DNA of 36,651 bases from Bacillota bacterium. Lineage in GTDB: Bacteria > Bacillota > Clostridia > DSM-8532. The DNA is taken from contig JAEZBW010000001.1 in the NCBI GenBank assembly GCA_023426765.1, positions 1 through 36,651 of the forward strand. Direction: 5' to 3'. The notes below the pieces were generated by a model, which made no database searches, had not been told where the DNA came from, and worked only from the letters and a program-made list of their open reading frames with translations. A program made the translations under genes and the position numbers. Positions 1 to 9,269 of this stretch are shown here, one piece after another; the stretch's first letter is position 1, and each line of letters starts with the position of its first letter.

Positions 1-732
<732 letters not shown>

Positions 733-812
733 ATTTTTTGCCCTGAATGGCAACCTGCTTTTTGTGCAGAATAGGATTATGGTTAATGATCACCCAGACT
801 GGAGGGATATCA

Positions 813-1247
813 ATGAAGGTTCTGGTCATCAACGGTGCGAATATGAACCTATTGGGAAAAAGAGAACCGGATATTTACGGCGGTGAAACACTTGCCGATC
901 TGGAAAAAACCATCCGGAAGGAAGCTGAAAAGCTGCAGATGGACTGTGAGCTGGATTTTTTTCAGTCCAACCACGAGGGCGAGGTTATCGATGCCATTCA
1001 TCAGGCCATGGAAGACCGAAATGATGCCATCATTCTGAATCCTGGTGCTTTTACGCATTACAGCTACGCCATCAGGGATGCCATTAAGGCTACGGGAATC
1101 CGTACGATAGAGGTTCATATGTCCAACATCCATAACAGGGAGGAATTCCGCAGCCGCTCGGTGATCGCTCCCGTCTGCGTGGGGCAAATCAGCGGATTTG
1201 GCTTTAAAAGCTATCTGGCTGCGTTATACTTAATCAATTCCCTCTGA
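813..1247 (+). CDS. aroQ: Type II 3-dehydroquinate dehydratase
   Basis: MKVLVINGANMNLLGKREPDIYG...AIILNPGAFTHYSYAIRDA...EVHMSNIHNREEFR is the classic AroQ signature. GGAGGG at 801-806 precedes the ATG at 813. The ORF-track start at 747 is an unsupported N-terminal extension. Confidence 0.9.
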   Translation: MKVLVINGANMNLLGKREPDIYGGETLADLEKTIRKEAEKLQMDCELDFFQSNHEGEVIDAIHQAMEDRNDAIILNPGAFTHYSYAIRDAIKATGIRTIEVHMSNIHNREEFRSRSVIAPVCVGQISGFGFKSYLAALYLINSL

Positions 1248-1301
1248 TACTGAAAGTTTTTCAAGCCATCTCATGAGGGTGGCGAAAAGTGAGGATTTGT
1301 T

Positions 1302-2375
1302 ATGAACGACAGACTGGTCCGGTTAAGAAACATCATCGAAACCGAGGGGCTTGACGGGCTGCTCATCAGCGGCCGGCCCAATACATTTTATTATACGGGT
1401 TTCACCGGCTCGACATCGAAATGCCTTGTCACCCGTGATACTGCTTATCTTGTGGTTGATTTCCGTTACACCGCCCAGGCAGGGGGCCAGGCCTTCGAAG
1501 GGGTTCAGGTCGTCGAGCTTGAAAATGATGTTAACCATTCGCTGAACACGCTTTGCACCCGTCATCAAATCAATAGTTTGGGAATTGAAGGCGGAATCAT
1601 TTCTTTTTCAGAAGTTGAGTCCCTGCGCGAAAGTCTGAAGGAAGTTCATGTATTGAAGGATGTTCAGGATTCCATGAACCGTGTGCGGATGATCAAGGAA
1701 CCCGATGAACTTCTGTTGATTCAAAACGCGGTGGATATTGCAGATAATGCATTTCAGCAGGTGCTGCCCTTTTTAAGGCCGGGTGTCCGGGAGTGCGAAG
1801 TGGCCCTTGAACTCGAGTACAAAATGAAAAAGATGGGCGCTTCCGGGGTTTCGTTTGAAACCATCATCGCTTCCGGCCCGCGCTCTGCTTTACCCCATGG
1901 AGTGGCCGGCATGAGGGAGCTTCAGAACGGGGATGCCATCGTCATGGATTTCGGAGCCCTCTGCCAAGGTTATTGTTCGGACATGACCCGAACGGTTTTT
2001 CTGGGAAACCCTTCGCAGCAATTGAAGGAAATTTATCAGATTGTTTTAAGAGCGCAGACTGAAGCCCTGGAGAAAGCGGCTGAAAAGATGACCGGAAAGC
2101 AACTGGACAGGGTTTCGAGGGAAATCATCAGCAGCACCGGATATGAAAAATGCTTTGGCCACGGTCTTGGGCACGGCGTAGGCATCGAGATTCATGAAAA
2201 CCCAAGGGTTTCTCCAAAGGGAGAGGAAGTTTTGGAAAGAGGCATGGTTTTTACGGTGGAGCCGGGGATCTATGTTGAAAATATCGGCGGTGTCCGAATT
2301 GAAGACATGGTTGTACTGGGTGAAAACGGGGCGAAAATTCTGACGAAATCCACAAAGGAAATGTTGATTTTGTAG
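1302..2375 (+). CDS. M24-family Xaa-Pro aminopeptidase/dipeptidase (YqhT/PepP-like)
   Basis: Creatinase-like N-terminal domain plus the metal-ligand motifs DFGALCQGYCSDMTRT, HGLGHGVGIEIHE and GIYVENIGGVRIED. The aroQ-pepP-efp order matches the Bacillus yqhS-yqhT-efp order. Confidence 0.9.
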   Translation: MNDRLVRLRNIIETEGLDGLLISGRPNTFYYTGFTGSTSKCLVTRDTAYLVVDFRYTAQAGGQAFEGVQVVELENDVNHSLNTLCTRHQINSLGIEGGIISFSEVESLRESLKEVHVLKDVQDSMNRVRMIKEPDELLLIQNAVDIADNAFQQVLPFLRPGVRECEVALELEYKMKKMGASGVSFETIIASGPRSALPHGVAGMRELQNGDAIVMDFGALCQGYCSDMTRTVFLGNPSQQLKEIYQIVLRAQTEALEKAAEKMTGKQLDRVSREIISSTGYEKCFGHGLGHGVGIEIHENPRVSPKGEEVLERGMVFTVEPGIYVENIGGVRIEDMVVLGENGAKILTKSTKEMLIL

Positions 2376-2413
2376 AACCTGAAAGTTTTCCTTTGTTTTC
2401 GCCAAATTTATCC

Positions 2414-2442
2414 TTGCCAAAGCGCCGGATATCATTTATCAT
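2414..2442 (+). promoter_or_regulatory. Candidate sigma-A promoter upstream of efp (TTGCCA-N17-TATCAT)
   Basis: -35 TTGCCA at 2414-2419, a 17-nt spacer, and -10 TATCAT at 2437-2442. It would give a leader of about 180 nt before the efp ATG. Confidence 0.4.
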
Positions 2443-2631
2443 AGATAATTGGACGGAACAGGCAGTTTTCATTCAAAAGCGTGCAAGCCGGGCCCTGAAT
2501 GGGAAATTCATGGCAGGCTGCCTGTTGAAATGGCTTGCTGTACAAACACAAAGACTTGAAAGTCTGACTTCACCTTTCCGGGATAGTACAATCGAATCAT
2601 AAATTTTAGGTTTTGAGAGGGATGGGATATT

Positions 2632-3189
2632 ATGGTTACAGCCGGTGAATTTAGAAATGGAATTACCTTTGAAATGGACGGATCGGTTTTTCAAATTATT
2701 GAGTTTCAGCACGTAAAGCCGGGTAAAGGCGCAGCTTTTGTTCGGACAAAGATAAGAAATGTGATTACAGGCGCGACGGTTGAACGCTCCTTCAACCCCA
2801 CCGACAAGTTTGAAAGAGCCCAAATCGTAAAAAGAGACATGCAGTACCTTTACAAGGACGGCGATTTGTTTTATTTCATGGATGAAGAAACCTATGAGCA
2901 AAATCCCATCAATGGCAGCAGCCTTGGGGACGCGATGGAGTTTGTAAAGGAGAACATGACCTGCAAGATTCTGTTCTTCAAGGAACAGGTCATCGGCATA
3001 GAGCCTCCTATCTTCGTAGAGCTTGAGATCACCGAAACCGAGCCCGGCTTTAAGGGCGATACGGCTACAGGCGCCTCAAAACCGGCCATTGTTGAAACCG
3101 GCGCTTCAATCAAGGTTCCTCTGTTTGTAAACCAGGGGGATGTTGTCCGGATCGATACCCGTACCGGGGAATATATGGAAAGAGTATAA
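2632..3189 (+). CDS. efp: Translation elongation factor P
   Basis: [44 protein letters not shown]... is near-canonical EF-P, including the KPGKG loop. Length is 185 aa. Confidence 0.97.
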   Translation: MVTAGEFRNGITFEMDGSVFQIIEFQHVKPGKGAAFVRTKIRNVITGATVERSFNPTDKFERAQIVKRDMQYLYKDGDLFYFMDEETYEQNPINGSSLGDAMEFVKENMTCKILFFKEQVIGIEPPIFVELEITETEPGFKGDTATGASKPAIVETGASIKVPLFVNQGDVVRIDTRTGEYMERV

Positions 3190-3373
3190 CAGGGCAATGA
3201 CGTTTCCCACCCTTAATGTGGCGGGTACCGTTTGCCTGAATGACCCTGTCGGGTTACTTTGTTGACAATCCATTCTTACCGGCGCATTAGTTTGTGAACC
3301 GGTCAGGTACTTTATAGACTTTTACATCCGGGTGTTATGGCACTCGGATGTTTTCATGTCATTCACAAAACAG

Positions 3374-3402
3374 CGAGGGGTTTGTTCACCTCTCGTTTTT
3401 TT
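3374..3402 (+). terminator. Rho-independent terminator downstream of efp
   Basis: Stem CGAGGGG (3374-3380) / CCTCTCG (3389-3395) with one G-U pair, an 8-nt loop, then T7 (3396-3402). Confidence 0.7.
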
Positions 3403-3445
3403 ATGCCCTTATGCTTCGTTTCTCTCAATTCTTCCGGGTAACCAG

Positions 3446-3473
3446 TCATATTTGCCTGATGCACGCATAGAAT
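3446..3473 (+). promoter_or_regulatory. Candidate sigma-E-type sporulation promoter for the spoIIIA operon
   Basis: TCATATT (3446-3452), N13, CATAGAAT (3466-3473) resembles the mother-cell SigE consensus (..ATATT / CATACA-T). It lies about 70 nt upstream of the spoIIIAA ATG. Confidence 0.45.
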
Positions 3474-3543
3474 TAAACCAAATCAGGACAAGATATCCGG
3501 ATGCTTCCGGTAAAACCTTACCACCGAGAAAACAGGAGGTACC

Positions 3544-4656
3544 ATGCATCAGAAAAATGCCATGGAGAACCGTATCGAAAATGAAGTCATACCTTATTTG
3601 CCCGGAAGGATTAAAAATGCAGCATTAAAGCTGGACAGGCAGATTCTGGCCGAACTTGAGGAGATCCGGCTGCGCGCAGGGAAACCCGTCATGCTTTCCC
3701 TCTGCGGTCAGGATGGATTTTTGCTCGAAGACGGCCGGGTGCTTCAGGCTTCTGCCGGTGCATTGCAGGCCAGCCCGGATGAACTGACCGAAATGGTATA
3801 TAAAACCTGCGAAAACTCCTGGTACGCATTTCAGGAAGACATCAACAAGGGATTTATTACGGTTCGGGGCGGACACAGGATCGGTCTGGTCGGAACGCCG
3901 GTGATCGAGGGCGGCCGGATCATCAATGTGAAAGATATCTCCTCCCTGAATGTACGCATCGCAAGAGAGATAACCGGATGCGGGGTCTATGCGGCAAAAC
4001 ATCTGGTGAAGGGAAGCCGGGATATTTATAATACATTGATCATATCACCGCCGGGAGTAGGAAAAACCACGATGCTGCGGGACATTGTCCGGATTGTCGG
4101 CAATGGCTTTCCTCCGGCTTTTACGGGCTTAAAGGTGGGGGTCGTTGACGAGCGCGGTGAGCTTGCCGCCTGTTTTAAAGGCAGAGCGCAAAACGATTTG
4201 GGCCTGCGTACCGACGTCATTCATGGCATACCGAAAAAGGAAGGGATGGAAATGCTCCTGCGCGGGATGAGCCCGAATGTCATCGCGCTGGATGAACTGG
4301 GGAACCCCGGGGATGTCTCTACAGTGCTGCAGGTGATGAACGGCGGAGTCCGAATGATTGCAACCGCCCATGGCTATGACGTGAACCAGCTGAAGAACCG
4401 GCTGGGTTTTCGGGAACTGTTCCAGGTGAATGCCTTTGAAAGGTTTGTGGTGCTATCGGAAAATGAAAAACACCAATATGAAGTAAAAATAATGGATGGT
4501 GATGGAAATGTCCTGGCTGTGGATACTCAAAGCGGCAGGAAGCCTGCTGATTGTAACGGGTTCAACAATGGCGGGGTTTATGTTTTCCCGAAGGCTGACC
4601 GAAAGGCTGGAGCTTATTCGGGAAATTCAGGTTTTCTTAATAGAGCTGGAGAATGA
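3544..4656 (+). CDS. spoIIIAA: Stage III sporulation protein AA (AAA+/secretion-ATPase-like)
   Basis: Walker A ISPPGVGKTTMLRD, Walker B-like VIALDELG, and first position in an 8-gene spoIIIA cluster. The last ~53 codons overlap spoIIIAB out of frame, so the functional 3' end is uncertain. Confidence 0.88.
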   Translation: MHQKNAMENRIENEVIPYLPGRIKNAALKLDRQILAELEEIRLRAGKPVMLSLCGQDGFLLEDGRVLQASAGALQASPDELTEMVYKTCENSWYAFQEDINKGFITVRGGHRIGLVGTPVIEGGRIINVKDISSLNVRIAREITGCGVYAAKHLVKGSRDIYNTLIISPPGVGKTTMLRDIVRIVGNGFPPAFTGLKVGVVDERGELAACFKGRAQNDLGLRTDVIHGIPKKEGMEMLLRGMSPNVIALDELGNPGDVSTVLQVMNGGVRMIATAHGYDVNQLKNRLGFRELFQVNAFERFVVLSENEKHQYEVKIMDGDGNVLAVDTQSGRKPADCNGFNNGGVYVFPKADRKAGAYSGNSGFLNRAGE

Positions 4657-5038
4657 AATTCATTATATGGGCCGCCCCCTGGGACAGGCACTCCTGTCCT
4701 TTTCAGCCAATAAACCCGGTGAACTGGCGAAGTTTTCAAAAAAAGTAGCCGGGCTGCACAGCGTCCAGGAGTATACCATCGAAGCAGCCTGGCAGAAGAG
4801 CCTGGATCAGTTTCGGGATCAATGGCCGCTTCATAAAGAGGAGTGGGCTCTTCTTCTGTCGGTTGGGGAAGTGTTGGGTAAAACCGACAAGGCCGGGCAA
4901 AGCGCTTTTATTCAAATGATGCGGGACAAGTTCTCGATGCAGGAGAAAAAGGCCGAAGAGGAGAGGGCGCAAAAGGAAAAGCTGTATAAAAACCTGGGGG
5001 CTTTAAGCGGGCTGGCTTTGGTTTTAGTACTGATATGA
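4496..5038 (+). CDS. spoIIIAB: Stage III sporulation protein AB
   Basis: N-terminal TM helix WLWILKAAGSLLIVTGSTMAGFMF followed by a helical domain, ~175 aa, second position in the operon. Alternative in-frame starts are at 4502 and 4508. Confidence 0.85.
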   Translation: MVMEMSWLWILKAAGSLLIVTGSTMAGFMFSRRLTERLELIREIQVFLIELENEIHYMGRPLGQALLSFSANKPGELAKFSKKVAGLHSVQEYTIEAAWQKSLDQFRDQWPLHKEEWALLLSVGEVLGKTDKAGQSAFIQMMRDKFSMQEKKAEEERAQKEKLYKNLGALSGLALVLVLI

Positions 5039-5048
5039 GGGGATGCAT

Positions 5049-5243
5049 ATGGATATCGATTTAATCTTTCGAATTGCGGCAATCGGGATATTGGTGGCGG
5101 TGCTGAATTCCCTTCTGACAAAGTCCGGCAGGGAGGAGCAGGCCATGATGACAACCCTGGCCGGGTTGGTTGTGGTTCTTCTGATGGTGGTCAGGGAGAT
5201 TGCGAACCTGTTTGATACCGTGAAAACCCTGTTCAACTTTTAG
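5049..5243 (+). CDS. spoIIIAC: Stage III sporulation protein AC
   Basis: A 64-aa two-TM protein, MDIDLIFRIAAIGILVAVLNSLLTKSGREEQA..., like Bacillus SpoIIIAC. GAGGGG at 5037-5042 lies 6 nt before the ATG at 5049. The ORF-track ATG at 5043 is also possible. Confidence 0.88.
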   Translation: MDIDLIFRIAAIGILVAVLNSLLTKSGREEQAMMTTLAGLVVVLLMVVREIANLFDTVKTLFNF

Positions 5244-5273
5244 GAGGGGCTGGACCCGATAGGAGCGTTTGAC

Positions 5274-5657
5274 ATGGACCTGATCCAAATTGGTGTACTG
5301 GGGATTACCGCAGCAATCCTGATCTTAATCCTGAAAGCGCACAGGCCTGAAATTGGTTTACAGATTTCACTGGCATTCGGGGTGATTGTGATGATATCGC
5401 TGGCCGGAAGAATAAGAGGCATCATCGACCTGATCGGGATGTATCTGGACAGAGCGAATATCAGCGGCGTTTATATCTCCTCCTTGCTGAAGATCATCGG
5501 AATGGCATATATTGCAGAGTTTGCTGCCGAAAGCTGCCGTGATGCCGGACAGAGTGCCATTGCAGCCAAAGTCGAGCTTACCGGAAAGATTCTGATCATC
5601 ATCACCGCCGTTCCGGTCATCACCTCGGTGATGGGGATTATTCTGGACATGCTGTGA
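5274..5657 (+). CDS. spoIIIAD: Stage III sporulation protein AD
   Basis: A 127-aa multi-TM protein with the conserved IIGMAYIAEFAAESCRDAGQSAIAAKVELTGKI block. Confidence 0.9.
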   Translation: MDLIQIGVLGITAAILILILKAHRPEIGLQISLAFGVIVMISLAGRIRGIIDLIGMYLDRANISGVYISSLLKIIGMAYIAEFAAESCRDAGQSAIAAKVELTGKILIIITAVPVITSVMGIILDML

Positions 5658-5680
5658 CACAGGGGGATGGAGGTTGAGGA

Positions 5681-6895
5681 ATGTTTTACAGGGTTACCGT
5701 GAAAAACAGAAGAACAGCAAAAGGAATATTCTTTACCGTCGTCCTGCTGGTGGTGGTTCTAACACCCGTAATATGTGCGGCTGGAGAAACACCCTCCATC
5801 CTGGACGACCTGCTGGAGCCCCAACTGGAAAGCGGAGAAATAAAAAAACTGCAGGAAAACCTGGAAAGGTCCATGCCCGATGAAGCCAGGGAACTGTTTC
5901 CGTATTACTCGCCGAAACAGCTGATGGAAGAGCTCGTTTCCGGAAACGCCCGCGAAGAGCTTCAAACCATGCCTCAGAAAATCCTGAATTTCATCCTTGG
6001 AGAAATCAAGGTAAACTTTTCACTGCTTGTGAAGATTATCGTCGTCATTTTTCTTTCGGCGCTCATCAAGAATCTCCAGGGTTCCTTCAAGGAGAGCACG
6101 GTGGGTGAACTGGCCTATTTTGCATGTTATGCCGCCATTGTCACCATGGTGGCGCTGGGATTTCAAAGCGTTCTGCAATATGCAAAAGAGGTCTTGGACA
6201 CGGTGGACAGTATTACAGGTTTTGCGATTCCAGCCATGCTGGCGCTGTTGATCTCCAGCGGGAGCATTGTTTCGGGCAGCGCACTTCAGCCGGTTCTGCT
6301 GGTGGCGATTCAGGTCACGGTGAAAATATTTCGGACGGTGTTTCTTCCTTTATGCTTTTTATCGGGAATCCTGTACCTTGCCAACGGGTTGTCTTCGAAA
6401 ATAAAGATTTCAGGCATGGCAGGCCTGCTAAAGCAGGTAGTAGGCTGGGGCCTGGCCGGAATTCTGACGCTGTACGGGTCTCTTGTTGCCATTCAGGGGG
6501 TGACAGGCGCGGTGATCGACGGTGCAGCTACGAAAACAGCCAAGGTCGCGATGAACACCCTCATCCCTGTTGCCGGTAAATATATGGCGGATGCAACCGA
6601 CACCATCATCAATTGCGCTCTGATCATTAAAAATACTGCCGGTGCGGCGACCATGATGGTTACGCTGGCCGCCTGCCTGGTACCGATATTGAAAATATTC
6701 GTCATCATTCTGCTGTACAGGTTTGCAGCAGCCATTATCGAGCCGGTGGCAGAGGACAGAATGTTTCATTGCCTCACCGATGTCTCAAACTGCATGAAAA
6801 CAATGCTCGGAGTTGTGGGTGCGGCGGTTTTCATGTTTTTGCTTTCAATAGGCGTCCTGCTGGGAGCAGGGGGTATCAGCGGCATGATGCAGTAA
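5681..6895 (+). CDS. spoIIIAE: Stage III sporulation protein AE
   Basis: A 404-aa polytopic membrane protein with a signal/TM N-terminus, fifth position in the operon. Confidence 0.9.
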   Translation: MFYRVTVKNRRTAKGIFFTVVLLVVVLTPVICAAGETPSILDDLLEPQLESGEIKKLQENLERSMPDEARELFPYYSPKQLMEELVSGNAREELQTMPQKILNFILGEIKVNFSLLVKIIVVIFLSALIKNLQGSFKESTVGELAYFACYAAIVTMVALGFQSVLQYAKEVLDTVDSITGFAIPAMLALLISSGSIVSGSALQPVLLVAIQVTVKIFRTVFLPLCFLSGILYLANGLSSKIKISGMAGLLKQVVGWGLAGILTLYGSLVAIQGVTGAVIDGAATKTAKVAMNTLIPVAGKYMADATDTIINCALIIKNTAGAATMMVTLAACLVPILKIFVIILLYRFAAAIIEPVAEDRMFHCLTDVSNCMKTMLGVVGAAVFMFLLSIGVLLGAGGISGMMQ

Positions 6896-6914
6896 GCCAT
6901 TTCCGGGAGGGTTT

Positions 6915-7463
6915 ATGGATGAGATTAAGAACTGGGTTGTGAATATTGCCGCGGTTGCTGTGTTGATGATTATTCTGGATCTGCTTATGCCAGAAGGCAG
7001 GCTTCGGAAGTTTACGCAGCTTCTGGCAGGCTTTATCCTGATGTTTGTGATGATCAATCCCGTTTTAGGGTTGTTCGGCAAAGGGGACACCTTCGATGGC
7101 TGGGCGGATGAAACCTTTCTTTTAAGCAATCAGGTGAAAAACATTGCCGGCAGCCTTGAAGATGACAGAAGCAAACAAACCCTGGAGCTGTACAGAAGCA
7201 TGCTTCTGTCGGATATACAAAACAGGCTTCAGACTCATGACCAAATTCTGAAAGCTGAGGTGGATCCAATGATTTATGAAAACAGAGAGTCTAAAAAATA
7301 CGGGCAGATTCGAAAGCTTTTCATTAAATTAACCTTAAAGGAGGCAAACAATGGAGCTGCGCATGATCACCAGAAGCTTCTCGATCAGATTCACCGGGAA
7401 TTACAACAGGTTTTTCTTTTGAAGGAAGATGAAATTGTCATACAAATTGCACAGGGGGAGTGA
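6915..7463 (+). CDS. spoIIIAF: Stage III sporulation protein AF
   Basis: The N-terminus WVVNIAAVAVLMIILDLLMPEGRLRKFTQLLAGFILMFVMINPV parallels Bacillus SpoIIIAF. Position in the operon also fits. Confidence 0.82.
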   Translation: MDEIKNWVVNIAAVAVLMIILDLLMPEGRLRKFTQLLAGFILMFVMINPVLGLFGKGDTFDGWADETFLLSNQVKNIAGSLEDDRSKQTLELYRSMLLSDIQNRLQTHDQILKAEVDPMIYENRESKKYGQIRKLFIKLTLKEANNGAAHDHQKLLDQIHRELQQVFLLKEDEIVIQIAQGE

Positions 7464-7468
7464 ACGGG

Positions 7469-8062
7469 ATGTTCAAATTCTGGGAGAGGTTCAGAAATTG
7501 GTTCGGTGAAAAAAAAGGCCGGCGGGGAATTGAAAATTTAGTCATAATCCTAATCCTTGGTGTAATAATTATCATAGTAGCAAGTTCATTTTTCAGTGAG
7601 GATCAGGATACCGCAAAAGAAGACAAACTACAGCCGGCAGTCGCCATAACATCAGAGCAACCCTTGGATGAAATCATGGAACTTGAACAGCGGCTTGTTC
7701 AAATTCTTTCGGAAATAGAAGGGGCAGGCCATGTAAAGGTAATGATAACCGGAGTTTCAGACGGAGAGGTGGTGCATGCGTTTAATCAGAGTGAACAAAG
7801 CAGTCTGCAGGAAGAACAGAATGAAGCTGGAATCGTGAATAAGACGGATGAAATCCGCAGAGAACAGGAACTGGTTTTTATGGATGGTAACTCGGGAGAA
7901 CGCATTCCGGTCGTAACGAAACGATACCGGCCGGAAATCAGGGGTGTGGTGGTGGTTGCAGACGGAGCCGGCAGCAATGTTGTCCGGCAGAATATCACAA
8001 ATGCGGTCGAAGTCCTGATGGGATTACCGGCGCACCGGATCCAGGTTTTAAAACGCAAATAA
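7469..8062 (+). CDS. spoIIIAG: Stage III sporulation protein AG
   Basis: TM segment followed by the ring-building C-terminal block RYRPEIRGVVVVADGAGSNVVRQNITNAVEVLMGLPAHRIQVL. GGGGGAG at 7454-7460 lies 8 nt before the ATG at 7469. A GTG at 7460 that overlaps the AF stop is an alternative start. Confidence 0.85.
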   Translation: MFKFWERFRNWFGEKKGRRGIENLVIILILGVIIIIVASSFFSEDQDTAKEDKLQPAVAITSEQPLDEIMELEQRLVQILSEIEGAGHVKVMITGVSDGEVVHAFNQSEQSSLQEEQNEAGIVNKTDEIRREQELVFMDGNSGERIPVVTKRYRPEIRGVVVVADGAGSNVVRQNITNAVEVLMGLPAHRIQVLKRK

Positions 8063-8087
8063 CTTTAATAGATGAGGTGGTGTCAGA

Positions 8088-8693
8088 ATGATGAATAAAA
8101 AACAAATCCTTGTAATTGCTTTGGTGGTAGTCATTATTGTTGCGGGAGTCCTTCAGTATACATACGGCAGGTCGGGCTATTCTTCACAGAAGGATCAGCA
8201 GGAGAGACTGGGGGAAGCCGTATATGTGGACAACATGAATGGCGATCTGGTTGATTTGTCTGCAAAGGAAAACGAGAATACCGATGTGGCCGAAGCCTCC
8301 GGAAATCCTACCGGAGAAGATTCCGCGATCGTTGCCGGTGCCGGGGACTATTTTGTTCAGGCCAGGCTTGACAGGGAATCCATCCGCAGCCGTCAGAAGG
8401 AAGAACTGCAGGAGATGACCAGCGGAGAGAACCTGAAAGGCGACATTAATGAGAAGGCGCAGGAAGAGTATCTTGATCTGATTAAACGTTCCGATATGGA
8501 GGCTACGATTGAATCTTTGGTGAAGCAAAGAGGGATTGAAGATGTCGTGGTTGTCATCGGAAGCACGGGAACAGTGGATCTGGTTGTGAAGGCAGACAGT
8601 CTCTCTCCAAGCCAGACTGCCCAGATCTCTGATATTGTCATCCGCCATGCAGGGGTTGATATGGAGGATATCCATATTAAAAACATGAATTGA
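8088..8693 (+). CDS. spoIIIAH: Stage III sporulation protein AH
   Basis: N-terminal TM, an acidic linker, and the C-terminal IESLVKQRGIEDVVVVIGSTGTVDLVVKADSLSPSQ block resembling the YscJ/FliF-like SpoIIIAH domain. It is the last gene of the operon. Confidence 0.8.
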   Translation: MMNKKQILVIALVVVIIVAGVLQYTYGRSGYSSQKDQQERLGEAVYVDNMNGDLVDLSAKENENTDVAEASGNPTGEDSAIVAGAGDYFVQARLDRESIRSRQKEELQEMTSGENLKGDINEKAQEEYLDLIKRSDMEATIESLVKQRGIEDVVVVIGSTGTVDLVVKADSLSPSQTAQISDIVIRHAGVDMEDIHIKNMN

Positions 8694-8795
8694 TACCGTA
8701 GAAAACTCAGTGTCTCATTTCAGAACATGGAACGGAAACGGGTACATTGAAAAAACTGTGACGAAAGAAATAGTAACAAAGACTCCAGTGTTGAG

Positions 8796-8819
8796 AGGGT
8801 GGGCGAAAGCTCACCTTTT
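8796..8819 (+). terminator. Hairpin with a GAAA tetraloop and T-tract; likely terminator of the spoIIIA operon
   Basis: AGGGTGGGC (8796-8804), GAAA, GCTCACCTT (8809-8817): 9 bp including two G-U pairs, running into TTTT (8816-8819). Confidence 0.5.
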
Positions 8820-8865
8820 CAAGTATGCCACTGGGCGGGGCTTCACCCAGTGGCTCGAAAATAAT

Positions 8866-8893
8866 AAAAGTACGCTTAAAAACGTACTTTTTT
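8866..8893. terminator. Bidirectional terminator between the convergent spoIIIAH and rpsT genes
   Basis: AAAAGTACG (8866-8874) / CGTACTTTT (8883-8891) with an 8-nt loop. An A-run lies on one side and a T-run on the other, so it reads as a terminator on both strands. Confidence 0.7.
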
Positions 8894-8939
8894 ATCAGGG
8901 ATATTTAAACTAATTGAGAAGCAAGATGCTCTGATTCAA

Positions 8940-9206
8940 TTATTCTGCAGCTTTCGCATTCAGAGCTTTCATCAGCTGTGACTTTTTTCTGGAGGCTGTA
9001 TTTTTATGAATCAACTTCCTGGAAGCGGCTTTGTCCAATTTACGAACAGCTGCTTTCAAAAGCTCCTGCTTATTTTCAGAGTTTCCGGTTATTGCTTCGT
9101 TATAACGGCGAAGGGCAGTTTTCAGTTCGGAACGTTTCACTTTATTCTGCTCGGTCTTCACCTTTGTGGTCTTCACTCTTTTAATAGCGGATTTAATATT
9201 CGGCAT
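8940..9206 (-). CDS. rpsT: 30S ribosomal protein S20
   Basis: MPNIKSAIKRVKTTKVKTEQNKVKRSELKTALRRY... is a canonical S20 N-terminus. Length is 88 aa, and GGAGGTG lies upstream on the minus strand. Confidence 0.95.
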   Translation of the reverse strand: MPNIKSAIKRVKTTKVKTEQNKVKRSELKTALRRYNEAITGNSENKQELLKAAVRKLDKAASRKLIHKNTASRKKSQLMKALNAKAAE

Positions 9207-9240
9207 TTTTTCACCTCCCGACGTTTAGTCAACACACAAT

Positions 9241-9269
9241 ATAATAGCATGAAGAAATCTGTTTGGCAA
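9241..9269 (-). promoter_or_regulatory. Candidate sigma-A promoter for rpsT (TTGCCA-N17-TATTAT on the minus strand)
   Basis: The reverse complement of 9264-9269 is TTGCCA and of 9241-9246 is TATTAT, with a 17-nt spacer. Confidence 0.5.

Noticed and set aside
3332-3628. A 98-aa + ORF between efp and spoIIIAA, in the position of Bacillus yqhV.
   Set aside because: It reads straight through the efp terminator and the candidate SigE promoter, and overlaps the spoIIIAA start. It has no RBS and no resemblance to a real protein.
5674-6579. Alternative-frame + ORFs inside spoIIIAE: 5674-5883 (Arg/Lys/Gly-rich) and 6124-6579 (151 aa).
   Set aside because: They overlap the well-supported spoIIIAE frame. 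Their Arg/Gly/Cys-rich composition is typical of an off-frame read of a membrane-protein gene.
8710-8913. A 67-aa GTG-initiated ORF after spoIIIAH.
   Set aside because: It spans three terminator-type hairpins, has no RBS, and has an implausible sequence.
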